Origin: an uncultured Alphaproteobacteria bacterium
GTDB lineage: Bacteria > Pseudomonadota > Alphaproteobacteria > CAAHEQ01 > UBA3637
Direction of reading: 5' to 3'
Length of the DNA: 58,427 nucleotides
Assembly: GCA_944392585.1 (NCBI GenBank)
Contig: CALXXA010000002.1
Location: 1-58,427 of the forward strand
The stretch's first letter is position 1. Each line of letters begins with the position of its first letter. The notes under the pieces were generated by a model. The model was given only the letters and a program-made list of their open reading frames with translations. It did not search any database and was not told the DNA's origin. The position numbers and the translations under genes are program-made. Below are positions 1-10,851 of the stretch, one piece after another.

Positions 1-448
1 TATCTCAAGTCTTTCCTTAATTTCTTGTACACTAATGCACAAAACAACGTCGCCTGTCTCTTCTTATAACAGATCAACTACCGTCCGTGCATCTATTCCT
101 TCCTTCTATACAACTCTAACAACTTATCTGATCATTCAATTTAAAATTGAATGCCGTGGATGTTATAGAACATCTTTAAAATTGTCAACATCTTTTTTAA
201 CAATCTTAAAACTTCTTTAACCCATCGCTTTTATTGAAATTATCAGATTCGATACTGCTTGTCAATAAAAAAATTAATTTTTTATTAATTTCTATCACTT
301 AATTCTTTCTCACATAATTTATTTGTTGCAAAAAAATACCTCCCTCCTTATCTTTTTCAGAAGATAAGTCCTTTTTCCTTGACATTCTTAATTCTTTATT
401 TTAATTAAGAAAAGGAATTTAACTTTAATACTTCCTAAGGAGACAATC

Positions 449-874
449 ATGCCTAACATTATCTTACCACCAGATTACAAGCCTTCCAAAGATGAAGAAT
501 ATATGAACCCTATGCAATTAGAGTATTTTCGTCAGAAATTAATTGAATGGCGTGAAAGTTTATTAAAAGAAACTGGAATCACTATTGAAGATCTAAGAGA
601 AAGCGGATTAAATGAGCCGGATTTAAATGATAGGGCTTCTAATGAGACCGAAAAAGCTCTGGAATTAAGAACTCGTGACAGAATGCGCAAGTTAATAAAA
701 AAAATTAACCAAGCTCTCGCCAGAATTGATGACGGAACTTACGGGTACTGCGAAGAAACCGGAGATCCTATCGGAATCGATCGCTTAGAAGCTCGCCCCG
801 TAACTACCTTAACTATTGAAGCTCAGGAACGTCATGAACGTTTGGAAAAAACACACACTGACGATACTATCTAA
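449..874 (+). CDS. dksA: RNA polymerase-binding transcription factor DksA (one-Cys form)
   Basis: 141 aa. C-terminal GTYGYCEETGDPIGIDRLEARPVTTLTIEAQERHE is the DksA/TraR finger region with only the first of the four canonical Cys retained, as in many alphaproteobacteria. AAGGAG lies 6 nt upstream of the ATG. Confidence 0.9.
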   Translation: MPNIILPPDYKPSKDEEYMNPMQLEYFRQKLIEWRESLLKETGITIEDLRESGLNEPDLNDRASNETEKALELRTRDRMRKLIKKINQALARIDDGTYGYCEETGDPIGIDRLEARPVTTLTIEAQERHERLEKTHTDDTI

Positions 875-1843
875 ATGTTTCGGGCTCAATCTTCTTTTTT
901 AAACGAAACAAAGGTTGTTCTTTTAGATTCCAACGAGCAACCTTTCACTTTTGTCATCCAAAGAAATGAAGACATTAATTATAAAGACATTTATCAAGGA
1001 CGAATCTTAAAAAAAATCTTTTCTTTAAAAGCCTTTCTTGTTGACATCGGGAAAGAAAATCCTGTCTTTATGGCATCATCTCATCCCTTAAACGAAGGAG
1101 ATCCCGTTATCGTTCAAGTCATTAAAGAAGCTCGAATCGGGAAAGAAGCTCAAGTTTCTCTATTAAATACACTTCAAGAATCCGATATCGGTTTAATAAA
1201 AAAAGGGGAAATACTAACAAAAGAACAATTATCTCTCCCGGAAATCCCATGGAATGATATCTGGGACGAATCTTTAGAAAATGCCCTTGAACCTATTATC
1301 TCATTCGCTGATGGAGCTCACCTCATCATCGAACGAACTTCCGCTTTCTGGAGTTTAGATGTCGATAGCGCCTCTAGCTCTATGTCTTTCTCCGATATTA
1401 ATGAACAAGTTATCCCTCTCATTGTTCAAGAGATTATTAAACGAAATCTAAATGGAAATATCTTAATTGACTTAATCGGTCATAAAACAATAAAATCCGT
1501 AACTCCTTTATTAAATAAAATGGAAACGCTCTTCTCCTTAGATCCTGTCCCTACGCGAATCTTAGGATTATCTCGCTTAGGAAACATCGAAATACAGAGA
1601 AATCGTTATAGAAGCGCCTTAACCGATATTTTAAATTCTTTAAATTCACAAGCCTATTTCTTATTTAAAAGCATCCTAAATAATCCTTCTCCCTTTCTAA
1701 TAATAAGTGTTTCTCTTCGTCTTTATAAACATATTATGGGACCTTTAGCAGAAACATGGAAGCTTGTTCAAAATAAAAAAGGAACTAGAATTCTGTTAAA
1801 AGCAAACCCAACAGAATCTTCTTTTACTCTCATGGAAAAATAA
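875..1843 (+). CDS. short ribonuclease E/G family protein
   Basis: 322 aa. S1-like YQGRILKKIFSLKAFLVDIGKENPVFMA, then FWSLDVDSASS and NGNILIDLIG, which resemble the RNase E/G catalytic-core Asp motifs. The start abuts the dksA stop and yacG follows, a common alphaproteobacterial neighbourhood. Confidence 0.6.
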   Translation: MFRAQSSFLNETKVVLLDSNEQPFTFVIQRNEDINYKDIYQGRILKKIFSLKAFLVDIGKENPVFMASSHPLNEGDPVIVQVIKEARIGKEAQVSLLNTLQESDIGLIKKGEILTKEQLSLPEIPWNDIWDESLENALEPIISFADGAHLIIERTSAFWSLDVDSASSSMSFSDINEQVIPLIVQEIIKRNLNGNILIDLIGHKTIKSVTPLLNKMETLFSLDPVPTRILGLSRLGNIEIQRNRYRSALTDILNSLNSQAYFLFKSILNNPSPFLIISVSLRLYKHIMGPLAETWKLVQNKKGTRILLKANPTESSFTLMEK

Positions 1844-1844
1844 A

Positions 1845-2051
1845 ATGTCTGATAATAAAGAAAAAAAAATCTCCCCTTTCAAAAACCACTGTCCAATATG
1901 CGGGAAAGAACCTGTATTTCAGTTTAAACCCTTTTGTTCTAAACGGTGTGCCGACATAGATTTAAATCGCTGGCTTTCCGGAGTTTACAGAATTGAAACA
2001 AATGAAACGCCTCAAACAATTAACTCTGAAGTTGAAACCGAAGAAAAATAA
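1845..2051 (+). CDS. yacG: DNA gyrase inhibitor YacG (zinc-finger protein)
   Basis: 68 aa. CPICGKEPVFQFKPFCSKRCADIDLNRWLSG matches the YacG CxxC...CxxxC zinc ribbon plus the DLxxW motif. Confidence 0.85.
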   Translation: MSDNKEKKISPFKNHCPICGKEPVFQFKPFCSKRCADIDLNRWLSGVYRIETNETPQTINSEVETEEK

Positions 2052-2079
2052 AAGGTAAGTTAAAAACTTACCTTTTGTC
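2052..2079. terminator. bidirectional rho-independent terminator between yacG and the ankyrin gene
   Basis: aaggtaagt (2052-2060) pairs with acttacctt (2066-2074) around a 5-nt loop. A run of A precedes it and a run of T follows it, and it sits between convergent stop codons. Confidence 0.6.
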
Positions 2080-2080
2080 T

Positions 2081-3103
2081 TTAATATGTTTTACTTATTT
2101 TACTCTTTACATATGAAACATCTGATATTTTGAAATCCGGTTGAGATTTCTTTTCATTTTCACGTAAAAATTTCTTCATCTTAAAAGTATTCTTAACGCT
2201 TTTTTTATTATTTAAATGAGAATATCCTTTCTCTTTAAATAAAGAAACGATATCTCCATATCCTTCCACAAAAGCTCCTTGAACCGGAGAGAGACCTTTT
2301 TTATCTATGACATTGGTTTTAATTCCTTTTCTACTCATCAACATTTTTGTCATTTCATATCCATTCCTAGGATTTTTTGCAGCCTCATGCAGTGGAGTAC
2401 GCCCATTTTTGTCCACCGCGTTCAGGCGAAGGCCTTTTTGCGCTAGTAAATCTTTTAACATTTCTTTACGACCATACATAACCGCATAATGAACTCCGGT
2501 ACGACCTTGCGCATCAACAACATTAAGATTAATATCTTTTCTGGTAAGCAATTTATCAAAAGTTTCTTTATCTCCTAGCATAATTGAGGTATGCAACAAA
2601 GATGGCGTCCCTTTTTGACAAGCGTTAACATTCAGTTCTTTCATATCAAGAAGTTTATTAACAATATCCTTATTTTTTAAGCTCGCCGCCAATTGTATCG
2701 GTGTATAACCATTCATATCAACGGCATTGATATCAGCTCCTTTTTGAATTAAAAGATTTGTCACATCATCATATTTTTTTTCTATTGATAGATGCATAAG
2801 AGAGCGTCCATTCATATTTTTAGTATTAACATCAGCTCCGCGTTGAATTAACCGCTTAGCAAAATTTTTGTGCCCATTCTTAATAGCCCAAAAAACAACA
2901 TCTTGTCTACGAATATGCGGTGCATATACGACATTATCCACTTTTTCCATGACTTTGTCATATGCCTTACCGATGCCATCCTTGATTTTTTTAGAAAAAT
3001 TACTTGTAAAATCCTTTATTTTCCCAAAAAAACCTCTTGTTTCTTTTTGCGGGGCAGAGACTGGTCCCTCCATATGATATTTACCTATACTCATATTTTT
3101 CAT
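2081..3103 (-). CDS. ankyrin repeat protein
   Basis: 340 aa. About six consecutive roughly 33-aa ANK units (GRSLMHLSIEKKYDDVTNLLIQKGADINAVD, GYTPIQLAA..., GRTGVHYAVMYGRKEMLKDLL..., GRTPLHEAAKN...). Confidence 0.85.
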   Translation of the reverse strand: MKNMSIGKYHMEGPVSAPQKETRGFFGKIKDFTSNFSKKIKDGIGKAYDKVMEKVDNVVYAPHIRRQDVVFWAIKNGHKNFAKRLIQRGADVNTKNMNGRSLMHLSIEKKYDDVTNLLIQKGADINAVDMNGYTPIQLAASLKNKDIVNKLLDMKELNVNACQKGTPSLLHTSIMLGDKETFDKLLTRKDINLNVVDAQGRTGVHYAVMYGRKEMLKDLLAQKGLRLNAVDKNGRTPLHEAAKNPRNGYEMTKMLMSRKGIKTNVIDKKGLSPVQGAFVEGYGDIVSLFKEKGYSHLNNKKSVKNTFKMKKFLRENEKKSQPDFKISDVSYVKSKISKTY

Positions 3104-3257
3104 CCTTTTCTCTCAATATTTTAATTTATTGTTAAGGCACACCACTCACTTATTAAAGTTTATCATATGTTCTTTTTAAAGTCAACAATATGTAAAAACA
3201 TTTCGACATAGAAAAAAAACTTGCTTTTTATTCATATGCTTCATATACTGCTTTATC

Positions 3258-5246
3258 ATGACAGATTTGTTTAATAAAGTAATAAAAGACACCGGATATT
3301 CGGCTAAAGATATTGAAGTTTTGGAAGGGTTAGAGCCTGTTCGCCGTCGTCCAGGTATGTACATCGGAGGAATTGATGAACGCGCTTATCACCACTTAGC
3401 TGCCGAAATCATTGATAATTCCATGGATGAGGCCGTTTCCGGACATGCCTCCGTCATAACTGTTGATTTAACCGCCGATGGGAAAATATCAATTTCCGAT
3501 AACGGAAGAGGAATTCCCATAGATCCTCATCCGAAGTACCCGGACAAATCCGCTTTGGAAGTCATTACAACAACACTCCATTCGGGAGGAAAATTCGGAG
3601 GGAAAGCATACGCTGTTTCAGGAGGATTGCATGGCGTCGGGTTATCCGTTGTAAATGCATTATCCAGCGAAATGACCATTGAAGTCGCACGGGATAGAAA
3701 GCTATATAGACAAAGCTATTGTCGTGGAGTTCCTTTGGCCCCCGTAGAATATGTCGGAACAATAAATAACAGACGCGGAACGACCGTCACATTCATGCCA
3801 GATAAAGAAATTTTCGGAGAAACGACACGATTCAAACCCGCAACGATTTTTAGAGCCGTCAAAACAAAAGCCTTCTTATTTCGAGGCGTCGAATTACGTT
3901 TTTCTTGCGCTCCGGAACTTATCACAGACGGAGATCCAACCCCGACACAAGCTGTTTTAAAATTCCCCAACGGGATTGAAGATTATTTATCTGTTCTAAC
4001 AAAAAATACTCCTGTTATTACACCTCGCCCTTTCACTGGACGATCAGAATTGGGAGACAATAAAGGGCATGTCGAATGGGCAATCACATGGCTTCAAGAC
4101 GGCTACGATCCGTTCCTTTACTCGTATTGCAATACCATCCCGACTCCTCAAGGAGGAACTCATGAAACCGGCCTGCGTGCAGGACTAACAAAAAGCCTCC
4201 GAAGTTATGCGGAAATGGTAGGATCCAGAAAAGCCGCCGATATCACTGCAGATGATATTGTCGGTTCAGCCGGAATCATGTTGTCCTTATTCATTAAAGA
4301 TCCTCAATTCCAAGGACAAACAAAAGAAAAACTAGCCTCGCCGGAAGCAACTCGCTTAATTGAAACCGCGATCAAGGATCCTTTTGATCATTGGCTGTCC
4401 GGAGATACAAAAACAGCAAATCTCTTGTTAGAGCATATCATTGAACGTGTTGAAGAACGCAAACGTAAAAAGAAAGTGCAAGAAACTGTCAGAGCCTCCG
4501 CAACAAAACGATTACGGCTACCGGGGAAACTAGCCGATTGCTCTCATAAATCAAGTATGGGAACAGAAATCTTTATCGTAGAAGGAGATTCCGCAGGCGG
4601 CTCCGCTAAACAAGCTCGGTTTAGAGAAACTCAAGCTATCTTACCCATTCGCGGTAAAATATTAAATGTCGCCAGCGCTTCTCGTGACAAAATTTTAAAT
4701 AATCAAGAAATTAATGACATAACGGAAGCTCTTGGATGTGGAACCAAGGCAAAATATGATGAAAATGCTCTCCGATATGAAAAAGTCATTATCATGACAG
4801 ATGCCGATGTAGACGGAGCTCATATAGCTTCTTTATTAATGACGCTGTTCTATCAAGAAATGCCGGATTTAATAAAAAACGGACACGTTTATTTGGCAAT
4901 GCCTCCTCTTTACAGGCTAAAGCAAGGAGATAAATCCGTCTATGCTTTTAATGATGAAGATAAAGAAAAATTATTACAAACTGTTTTTAAAAATGCTAAA
5001 AATGTAGATATCAGTCGATTTAAAGGACTCGGAGAAATGTTGCCTTCTCAATTAAGAGAAACAACGATGAATCCTAAAACAAGAACTCTACTGCGAGTGG
5101 TCTTACCTGATGCCAAAAACGAACAAGAACAAGAAGAAGCTCTATATACGGCTCAAATCGTCAAAGATCTTATGGGAACCAACCCGGAAATGCGTTTCAG
5201 ATATATACAAGAACATGCAAAATTTATAGAAAATTTAGATATTTAA
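3258..5246 (+). CDS. parE: DNA topoisomerase IV subunit B
   Basis: 662 aa. N-terminus IEVLEGLEPVRRRPGMYIGG, GHKL ATPase motifs, Toprim EGDSAGG and the IMTDADVDGAHI motif. Both the length and the LEPVRRRPGMY signature fit ParE rather than the longer GyrB. Confidence 0.9.
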   Translation: MTDLFNKVIKDTGYSAKDIEVLEGLEPVRRRPGMYIGGIDERAYHHLAAEIIDNSMDEAVSGHASVITVDLTADGKISISDNGRGIPIDPHPKYPDKSALEVITTTLHSGGKFGGKAYAVSGGLHGVGLSVVNALSSEMTIEVARDRKLYRQSYCRGVPLAPVEYVGTINNRRGTTVTFMPDKEIFGETTRFKPATIFRAVKTKAFLFRGVELRFSCAPELITDGDPTPTQAVLKFPNGIEDYLSVLTKNTPVITPRPFTGRSELGDNKGHVEWAITWLQDGYDPFLYSYCNTIPTPQGGTHETGLRAGLTKSLRSYAEMVGSRKAADITADDIVGSAGIMLSLFIKDPQFQGQTKEKLASPEATRLIETAIKDPFDHWLSGDTKTANLLLEHIIERVEERKRKKKVQETVRASATKRLRLPGKLADCSHKSSMGTEIFIVEGDSAGGSAKQARFRETQAILPIRGKILNVASASRDKILNNQEINDITEALGCGTKAKYDENALRYEKVIIMTDADVDGAHIASLLMTLFYQEMPDLIKNGHVYLAMPPLYRLKQGDKSVYAFNDEDKEKLLQTVFKNAKNVDISRFKGLGEMLPSQLRETTMNPKTRTLLRVVLPDAKNEQEQEEALYTAQIVKDLMGTNPEMRFRYIQEHAKFIENLDI

Positions 5247-5264
5247 TTTTTATAAGGAGGCATT

Positions 5265-5810
5265 ATGGCTAGATCCATTACTATCACAGGAGCATTAGGA
5301 AGCGGGAAGTCAACAATTGCTAAAATGTTAGCTCAAAAACTCGGGTATACCCACTATTCAACAGGAGATGCTCAACGTCAAATAGCAGATTCTTATCATA
5401 TGACAACACTGGAATTAAATCAACTCGCCGATACAGAACCATCTATTGACCAACAAATAGATTCCATTTTTAATCAATTAGAAAATTCCGGCAAACTTTA
5501 TGTTATCGATTCTAGAATGGCGTGGTTCTTTATGCCCAGATCTTTTAAAGTAAAATTAACCGTGGAACCTAAAACAGCCGCTTTACGTATTTTAAATGAC
5601 ACCTCCAGGTCCGGAGAAAAAAAATACAAAACCATTGATGACGCTTTAGATGCAACAATGAATCGGCGTTCCAATGAAATTGAACGATTTAAAAAAACAT
5701 ACGGTGTAGATATAGAAGATCAAAACAACTATGACATCACTATTGATACAACAGATTTGTCTCCGGAAGAAATTTGCCGAATTATTTTAAAAGAATATAA
5801 TAATAAGTAA
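5265..5810 (+). CDS. cytidylate kinase-like family P-loop kinase
   Basis: 181 aa. Walker A ITGALGSGKSTIAKMLAQKLGY, with the small nucleoside-monophosphate-kinase-like layout. AAGGAGG RBS upstream. Confidence 0.6.
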   Translation: MARSITITGALGSGKSTIAKMLAQKLGYTHYSTGDAQRQIADSYHMTTLELNQLADTEPSIDQQIDSIFNQLENSGKLYVIDSRMAWFFMPRSFKVKLTVEPKTAALRILNDTSRSGEKKYKTIDDALDATMNRRSNEIERFKKTYGVDIEDQNNYDITIDTTDLSPEEICRIILKEYNNK

Positions 5811-6449
5811 TTACTTTAAATAAGATAAAACTTCTTTTACTTGATTTAAATCTTTACAATCAAAATCAATATGAACGTCTTTAAATTCTGATTGATCCGG
5901 AGGTTCTTTTCGAACAAAAACAGATATGGCTTGTAGATTTTTTGCTAAGCGCATATCAGATATTCCATCTCCGATTACAATCAATCGCGTGTATGATATT
6001 CTTTTTAGAACAGAAAGAGCCATTTCTTTAGATGGTTTCTCATAAAAAGTATCTTCTGCTCCGACCAAAGCTTTAAAGTAACAATTCCATCCTAATTTCT
6101 GACATTCTTCTTTTAAAATATCTCCTCTTTTATTGCTATCCACAATACTCACAAACCCCTGTTTTTCTGCCCATTTTAACAAATTTTCAGCTCCTTTAAC
6201 GGGCTTTATTATTTGAGCATTTTTTCTATAAACCTCCCAATACTTATCAGAAATTTTTCCTATTTTAATTCCAAATCTCTTAAGGAAAAAACGACGCCCT
6301 GAACTTCCTATAATATATAAGCTTTCCGAATGAGAAAGATGCGGCTTTCCATAAAAATCACATAATTCGTTTTGAGATTTATAAATAATCTCTCGTGTGT
6401 CAACTAATGTATTATCCCAATCCCATATTAAAACTGACTTGTGCATCAT
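5811..6449 (-). CDS. HAD family hydrolase
   Basis: 212 aa. Motif I DWDNTLVDT near the N-terminus and motif IV-like GDGISD near the C-terminus. Confidence 0.75.
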   Translation of the reverse strand: MMHKSVLIWDWDNTLVDTREIIYKSQNELCDFYGKPHLSHSESLYIIGSSGRRFFLKRFGIKIGKISDKYWEVYRKNAQIIKPVKGAENLLKWAEKQGFVSIVDSNKRGDILKEECQKLGWNCYFKALVGAEDTFYEKPSKEMALSVLKRISYTRLIVIGDGISDMRLAKNLQAISVFVRKEPPDQSEFKDVHIDFDCKDLNQVKEVLSYLK

Positions 6450-6818
6450 TTATTTCCTTTTCTCCTTAGATTTTTCCATTTTACATATTAAAATATAAAA
6501 AACAACTCTCTTATTAAAAAGAAATTGACTTTTCTATTTTTACGTGTATCTTCAAAAAAGAAATACTCTTATTTTTTATAAGGAATAAAAATGCAAAAAG
6601 AAACTTATGTTTATTTAAAAGATCTTATTTCTTTTTTAAAACAAAATTCTCCGGCAGAAGATAGAAATTCTAATCGAAAGAAAGAAATTATACCTATTCA
6701 CACGGTAAATAAAAATCCAATTTTCTTAAAAGTTCATTTTTTATCTCATAAGACTTCTAGTTGTCATCTAAATAAAGATTAATTCATTTTGGATTAATTT
6801 ATATACTACATATAAGGT

Positions 6819-8060
6819 TTAAATTATTTTTTTACGGGCAACAGATAATACAGGTAATTTTTCCAAAAGTTCTTCCGGCATAGGAATTCGAACGGCTTGT
6901 TTTAAATGGCCGGAGGATACTGTTTCCAGCAAAGAGCCATTACGAGTATCATAAAATTCTTGTAATCTCCAAACGATTGGTTCAAATTGGAAAGGAGATA
7001 AAAACTCTATAACATCTCCTTTTTGAATTTTATGCTTTATTTCGAAAATAAGGCTATCTTTTGTTTTATTTTGAACAAGACCTGCGTATCTCCAACTTCC
7101 GGAACTTGCCGAAATCTCATAGTTATGGCTTTCCGGTCCGGCATTACCATCCAAAAAGCCTAAGGTATAACCTCTATTTTGCAAGGTATCCAATTCTGAG
7201 AGATATATTCGAGAGTCCCATATATCAGGATTTTCGAAATAATCATCTATTGCCTTGCGATAAGCTCTTGCTGTAATTGCGACATAATACTCTGATTTAT
7301 TCCGCCCTTCGACTTTAAAAGAATCGATTCCCAGATCTAACAATTCATTTAACCTCGGCATCAAGCATAGATCTCTGGAATTCATAATATAAGTTCCTTT
7401 AGCATCTTCTTCCAGCTCGAAAAATTGTCCTGGTCTTTGTTCTTCCTCTAAATAGACTTTATATTTCCAGCGGCAAGAATGAGCACAATTTCCTTTATTT
7501 GCACTTCTTCCCGTCATAAAGTTTGATAATAAACATCTTCCGGAATAACTAACACACATCGCTCCATGTATAAACGTTTCCAATTTTACATCCGGACATA
7601 ACTTTCTAATTTCACGCATTTCCGTCAAAGAAACCTCTCGTCCTAAAACACACAACGAAGCTCCTTGTGATTGCCAATATTGAACAGTTAAAGAAGAACA
7701 AACATTTGCCTGTGTTGAAATATGACGTGGTAAATTCGGACACATTTGACCTATGTATGAGAAAACACCCGGATCAGCAACAATCACTCCGTCTGGTTTT
7801 AACAACTTTAACATTTGCACACACTCAGATAATCTCGGAAGATCTGCATTATGTGTAAATAAATTCATTGTTAAATAAACTTTTTTCCCTTTTTCATGAG
7901 CATATAAGATACCTTCTTTTAAATCCGCCATAGAAAATGTACTTTTAGCGCGTAAAGAGACACTTGGAAGGCCGCAATAGACAGCATCGGCACCGTACAT
8001 AAAAGCAGTTTTCAAACGGTCAAGAGAACCTGCTGGCAATAATAGCTCCGGTTTTTTCAT
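6819..8060 (-). CDS. peptidase U32 family protein (YegQ/TrhP-like)
   Basis: Start MKKPELLLPAGS is typical of U32 proteins, and the conserved E..RG.C..SYSGRCLLS region is present. I chose the ATG at 8060, which has GAGAGGGAG upstream and avoids overlap with polA. The longest ORF runs to 8111. Confidence 0.8.
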   Translation of the reverse strand: MKKPELLLPAGSLDRLKTAFMYGADAVYCGLPSVSLRAKSTFSMADLKEGILYAHEKGKKVYLTMNLFTHNADLPRLSECVQMLKLLKPDGVIVADPGVFSYIGQMCPNLPRHISTQANVCSSLTVQYWQSQGASLCVLGREVSLTEMREIRKLCPDVKLETFIHGAMCVSYSGRCLLSNFMTGRSANKGNCAHSCRWKYKVYLEEEQRPGQFFELEEDAKGTYIMNSRDLCLMPRLNELLDLGIDSFKVEGRNKSEYYVAITARAYRKAIDDYFENPDIWDSRIYLSELDTLQNRGYTLGFLDGNAGPESHNYEISASSGSWRYAGLVQNKTKDSLIFEIKHKIQKGDVIEFLSPFQFEPIVWRLQEFYDTRNGSLLETVSSGHLKQAVRIPMPEELLEKLPVLSVARKKII

Positions 8061-8070
8061 GCTCCCTCTC

Positions 8071-10851
8071 TTAATGTGCTTGAGTCCAATTGTGTCCTGT
8101 TCCAATTTCAACCTCTAAGGGAACAGATAATTCGGCAACATTCTCCATTAAATCTTTAATCAAAGAAGAGACTTTTTCTATTTCATCTTCCGGAATTTCA
8201 AAAATAAGCTCATCATGTACTTGTAAAATCATTTTTGCCTTAACGTTTAATGTTTTGAAAGCTTCGGATATTTTATACATTGCCATTTTTATCAAGTCTG
8301 CAGCCCCTCCTTGTATTGGAGCATTTATTGCAGCCCGGGAAGCGAAACCTCTTGTTGCCGCATTGTCAAAGCCCCCAATAAAGCATTTACGACCAAAAGG
8401 AGTTAAAACATATCCATACTCTTTAGCAAACTGAATAGTCTTATCTATGTATTTACTAATTTCCGGATATCTCATCATATAAGAATCTATATACTTTTTT
8501 GCCTCTGTTTTGCTAATCCCTAACTGACGAGATAGTCCAAAGGGGGAAATTCCATAGATAATTCCGAAATTAATTGCCTTTGCTCTGCGCCGAATTTGAG
8601 GATCCATATTCTCAATAGGAATATCAAAAACTTGTGAAGCTGTCGCCGCATGGATATCAAGCCCTTTTAAAAAAGCTTCTTTTAACCCTTTTATATTCGC
8701 CACATCTGCAATCAATCGTAGTTCTATCTGAGAATAATCCGCAGATAGGAAAACTTTCCCCTTTTCCGCAATAAATGCGGAACGAATTAACCGACCGGCT
8801 TCTGTTCTGATAGGAATATTTTGTAAGTTCGGATTATTAGACGCCAGACGTCCTGTTGAAGTAATTGTTTGAGAAAATGTCGTATGAACTCTTCCTGATT
8901 TAAGATTTATAATTTTTGTTAATGCATCCGCATACGTTGTTTTTAACTTACTATATTGACGATAATCTAACATCTTTATAGATAACTCATTCCCTTGAGA
9001 AGCTAGTGTCTCCAAAATTTTTTGGTCGGTTGACCAGTATCCCGTTTGAGCGTTTTTTTTACCCCCTTCTAACTTCATTTTTTCAAATAAAATCTCCCCT
9101 AGTTGAATAGGCGAATTAATATTAAACCTCTCCCCCGCCAGTTCATAAATTTCTTTTTCTAATTGATCTAATTTTTCAGAAAATTTTAAACTTAATTGCA
9201 TTAATGTATTTTTATCTACAAGAATACCATCTCGTTCCATTTGCGTTAAAATTGTTACCAACGGTCTGTCAATATCTTGATATACGGTTTTGACTTTTTC
9301 TTTTTCCATTTTTTCTTTAAAGAAATAGTATAGCCTCATTGTGACATCCGCATCTTCCGCAGAATACGCAACTGCTTTTTCAATTGGAACGTACTTAAAT
9401 AAAATAGCCTGTTTCCCTTTCCCACACACATCCTCATAATGTGTTGTTTCAAGATTCAAATGTGTTTTAGCTAAAACATCCATACTCAGTCCGTGAGACG
9501 GACCATATAAATCATACGCCATTACAATAGTGTCTTCAATCGGCTCCATTTGGAAATCATCCCCAAACTCCGTTTTAAATACTTGTAAATCAAATTTTAT
9601 ATGATGCCCGACTTTAATAACATTCGTATCTTTCAGAACTGGAAGCAAAATTTCTTTTATATCGTCTATGGTCACTTGTTTTATTTTTTCAGGAGTCGGC
9701 AATTTTTCGAAATTAAATAAATCGACGTTACTTAAGTTCGTTTGAGAAAGCTTCTCATGTCTCAATGGAATGTAACAAGCATATCCTTCTTTAACGCATA
9801 AAGAAATCCCCGCCATTTGAGCCTCAAAAGGATTAAGAGAATCTGTTTCCGTATCAACGGACACAATCCCTGATTTTTTAATCATATCCGCCCATTTTTG
9901 CAGAGTATTTTTATCTTGAACGGCTTCATAAATTCCATCTCCGGGATGATTTTCCTGAGGAAGTGAATCATTTTTTTGTCCGCTCATAAAACCATTTAAT
10001 CTGACTAAAAGACTTTTAAAACCATTTTCTTCTAAAAAAACACGGATATTATGCTCTTCTATTTTTTTAGAATAAAAATTATCGATGGGTTCTGGTAGAG
10101 GAACATTTTCATCCAATGTAACTAATTTTTTAGAAATAAGAGCCATTTCTTTGTCTTTTTCTATTAAATCTCTACGATGTATTTGAGGAATTTTATCTAT
10201 ATTTTCTAATAAGTTTTCAAGAGACCCGAACTCACGAATTAATTCTGCCGCCGTTTTTATTCCAATTCCTCTAACTCCGGGAACGTTATCGGAAGTATCT
10301 CCGGCAAGAGCTTGAACATCAACGACTTGAGCGGCGGAGACACCAAATTTTGCCTCTACATTTTCATTCCCCAACATTTGTTTTTTCATAGGATCATATA
10401 TAGCGACATGCGGTCTCATAAGCTGCATCAAATCTTTATCTGCGGAGACAATAACAACTTCCATTTCTTCGTCCAAAGCTTTTTTCGTGTAACTTGCGAT
10501 TAAGTCATCTGCTTCAAAGCCTTCTTTTTCAACGCCTATAACATTAAATGCTTTTACGGCTTCTCGGATAATTGGAAATTGAGAAATAAGTTCTTGAGGT
10601 GTTTTACGACGTGTTGCTTTATAATCCGGATAAATATCATTTCTAAAATTATGTCTTTGAGCATCAAAAACAACTCCCATATAATCATATTGATTTTCCT
10701 TAAAAAACTGCATCAACATGGAAGTAAAACCATATACGGCATTAATCGGCATTTGATCCTTCGGACGTGTCATCGGGGGAATAGCATAAAAAGCCCGATA
10801 AATATATCCAGATCCATCAATTAAACAGATTTTTTTCCCTAGTTTACTCAT
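8071..10851 (-). CDS. polA: DNA polymerase I
   Basis: 926 aa. It has a 5'-3' exonuclease N-terminus (LIDGSGYIYRAFYA), a 3'-5' exonuclease domain, and the polymerase motifs DYSQIELR, RRRAKAINFGIIYG and QVHDEL. Confidence 0.95.
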   Translation of the reverse strand: MSKLGKKICLIDGSGYIYRAFYAIPPMTRPKDQMPINAVYGFTSMLMQFFKENQYDYMGVVFDAQRHNFRNDIYPDYKATRRKTPQELISQFPIIREAVKAFNVIGVEKEGFEADDLIASYTKKALDEEMEVVIVSADKDLMQLMRPHVAIYDPMKKQMLGNENVEAKFGVSAAQVVDVQALAGDTSDNVPGVRGIGIKTAAELIREFGSLENLLENIDKIPQIHRRDLIEKDKEMALISKKLVTLDENVPLPEPIDNFYSKKIEEHNIRVFLEENGFKSLLVRLNGFMSGQKNDSLPQENHPGDGIYEAVQDKNTLQKWADMIKKSGIVSVDTETDSLNPFEAQMAGISLCVKEGYACYIPLRHEKLSQTNLSNVDLFNFEKLPTPEKIKQVTIDDIKEILLPVLKDTNVIKVGHHIKFDLQVFKTEFGDDFQMEPIEDTIVMAYDLYGPSHGLSMDVLAKTHLNLETTHYEDVCGKGKQAILFKYVPIEKAVAYSAEDADVTMRLYYFFKEKMEKEKVKTVYQDIDRPLVTILTQMERDGILVDKNTLMQLSLKFSEKLDQLEKEIYELAGERFNINSPIQLGEILFEKMKLEGGKKNAQTGYWSTDQKILETLASQGNELSIKMLDYRQYSKLKTTYADALTKIINLKSGRVHTTFSQTITSTGRLASNNPNLQNIPIRTEAGRLIRSAFIAEKGKVFLSADYSQIELRLIADVANIKGLKEAFLKGLDIHAATASQVFDIPIENMDPQIRRRAKAINFGIIYGISPFGLSRQLGISKTEAKKYIDSYMMRYPEISKYIDKTIQFAKEYGYVLTPFGRKCFIGGFDNAATRGFASRAAINAPIQGGAADLIKMAMYKISEAFKTLNVKAKMILQVHDELIFEIPEDEIEKVSSLIKDLMENVAELSVPLEVEIGTGHNWTQAH

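Noticed and set aside
1-220. ORF 35-220 (+), which is open from the window edge, and a possible leftward gene start (TTG at 40-42) running off the left edge
   Set aside because: The plus-frame translation is Ser/Thr-rich and unlike a real protein. The leftward fragment is only about 14 codons with a weak RBS, which is too little sequence to support either call.
6591-6782. 63-aa ORF in the spacer between the HAD and U32 genes
   Set aside because: Lys/Asn-rich low-complexity translation typical of AT-rich intergenic DNA, with no convincing RBS and no recognisable motif.
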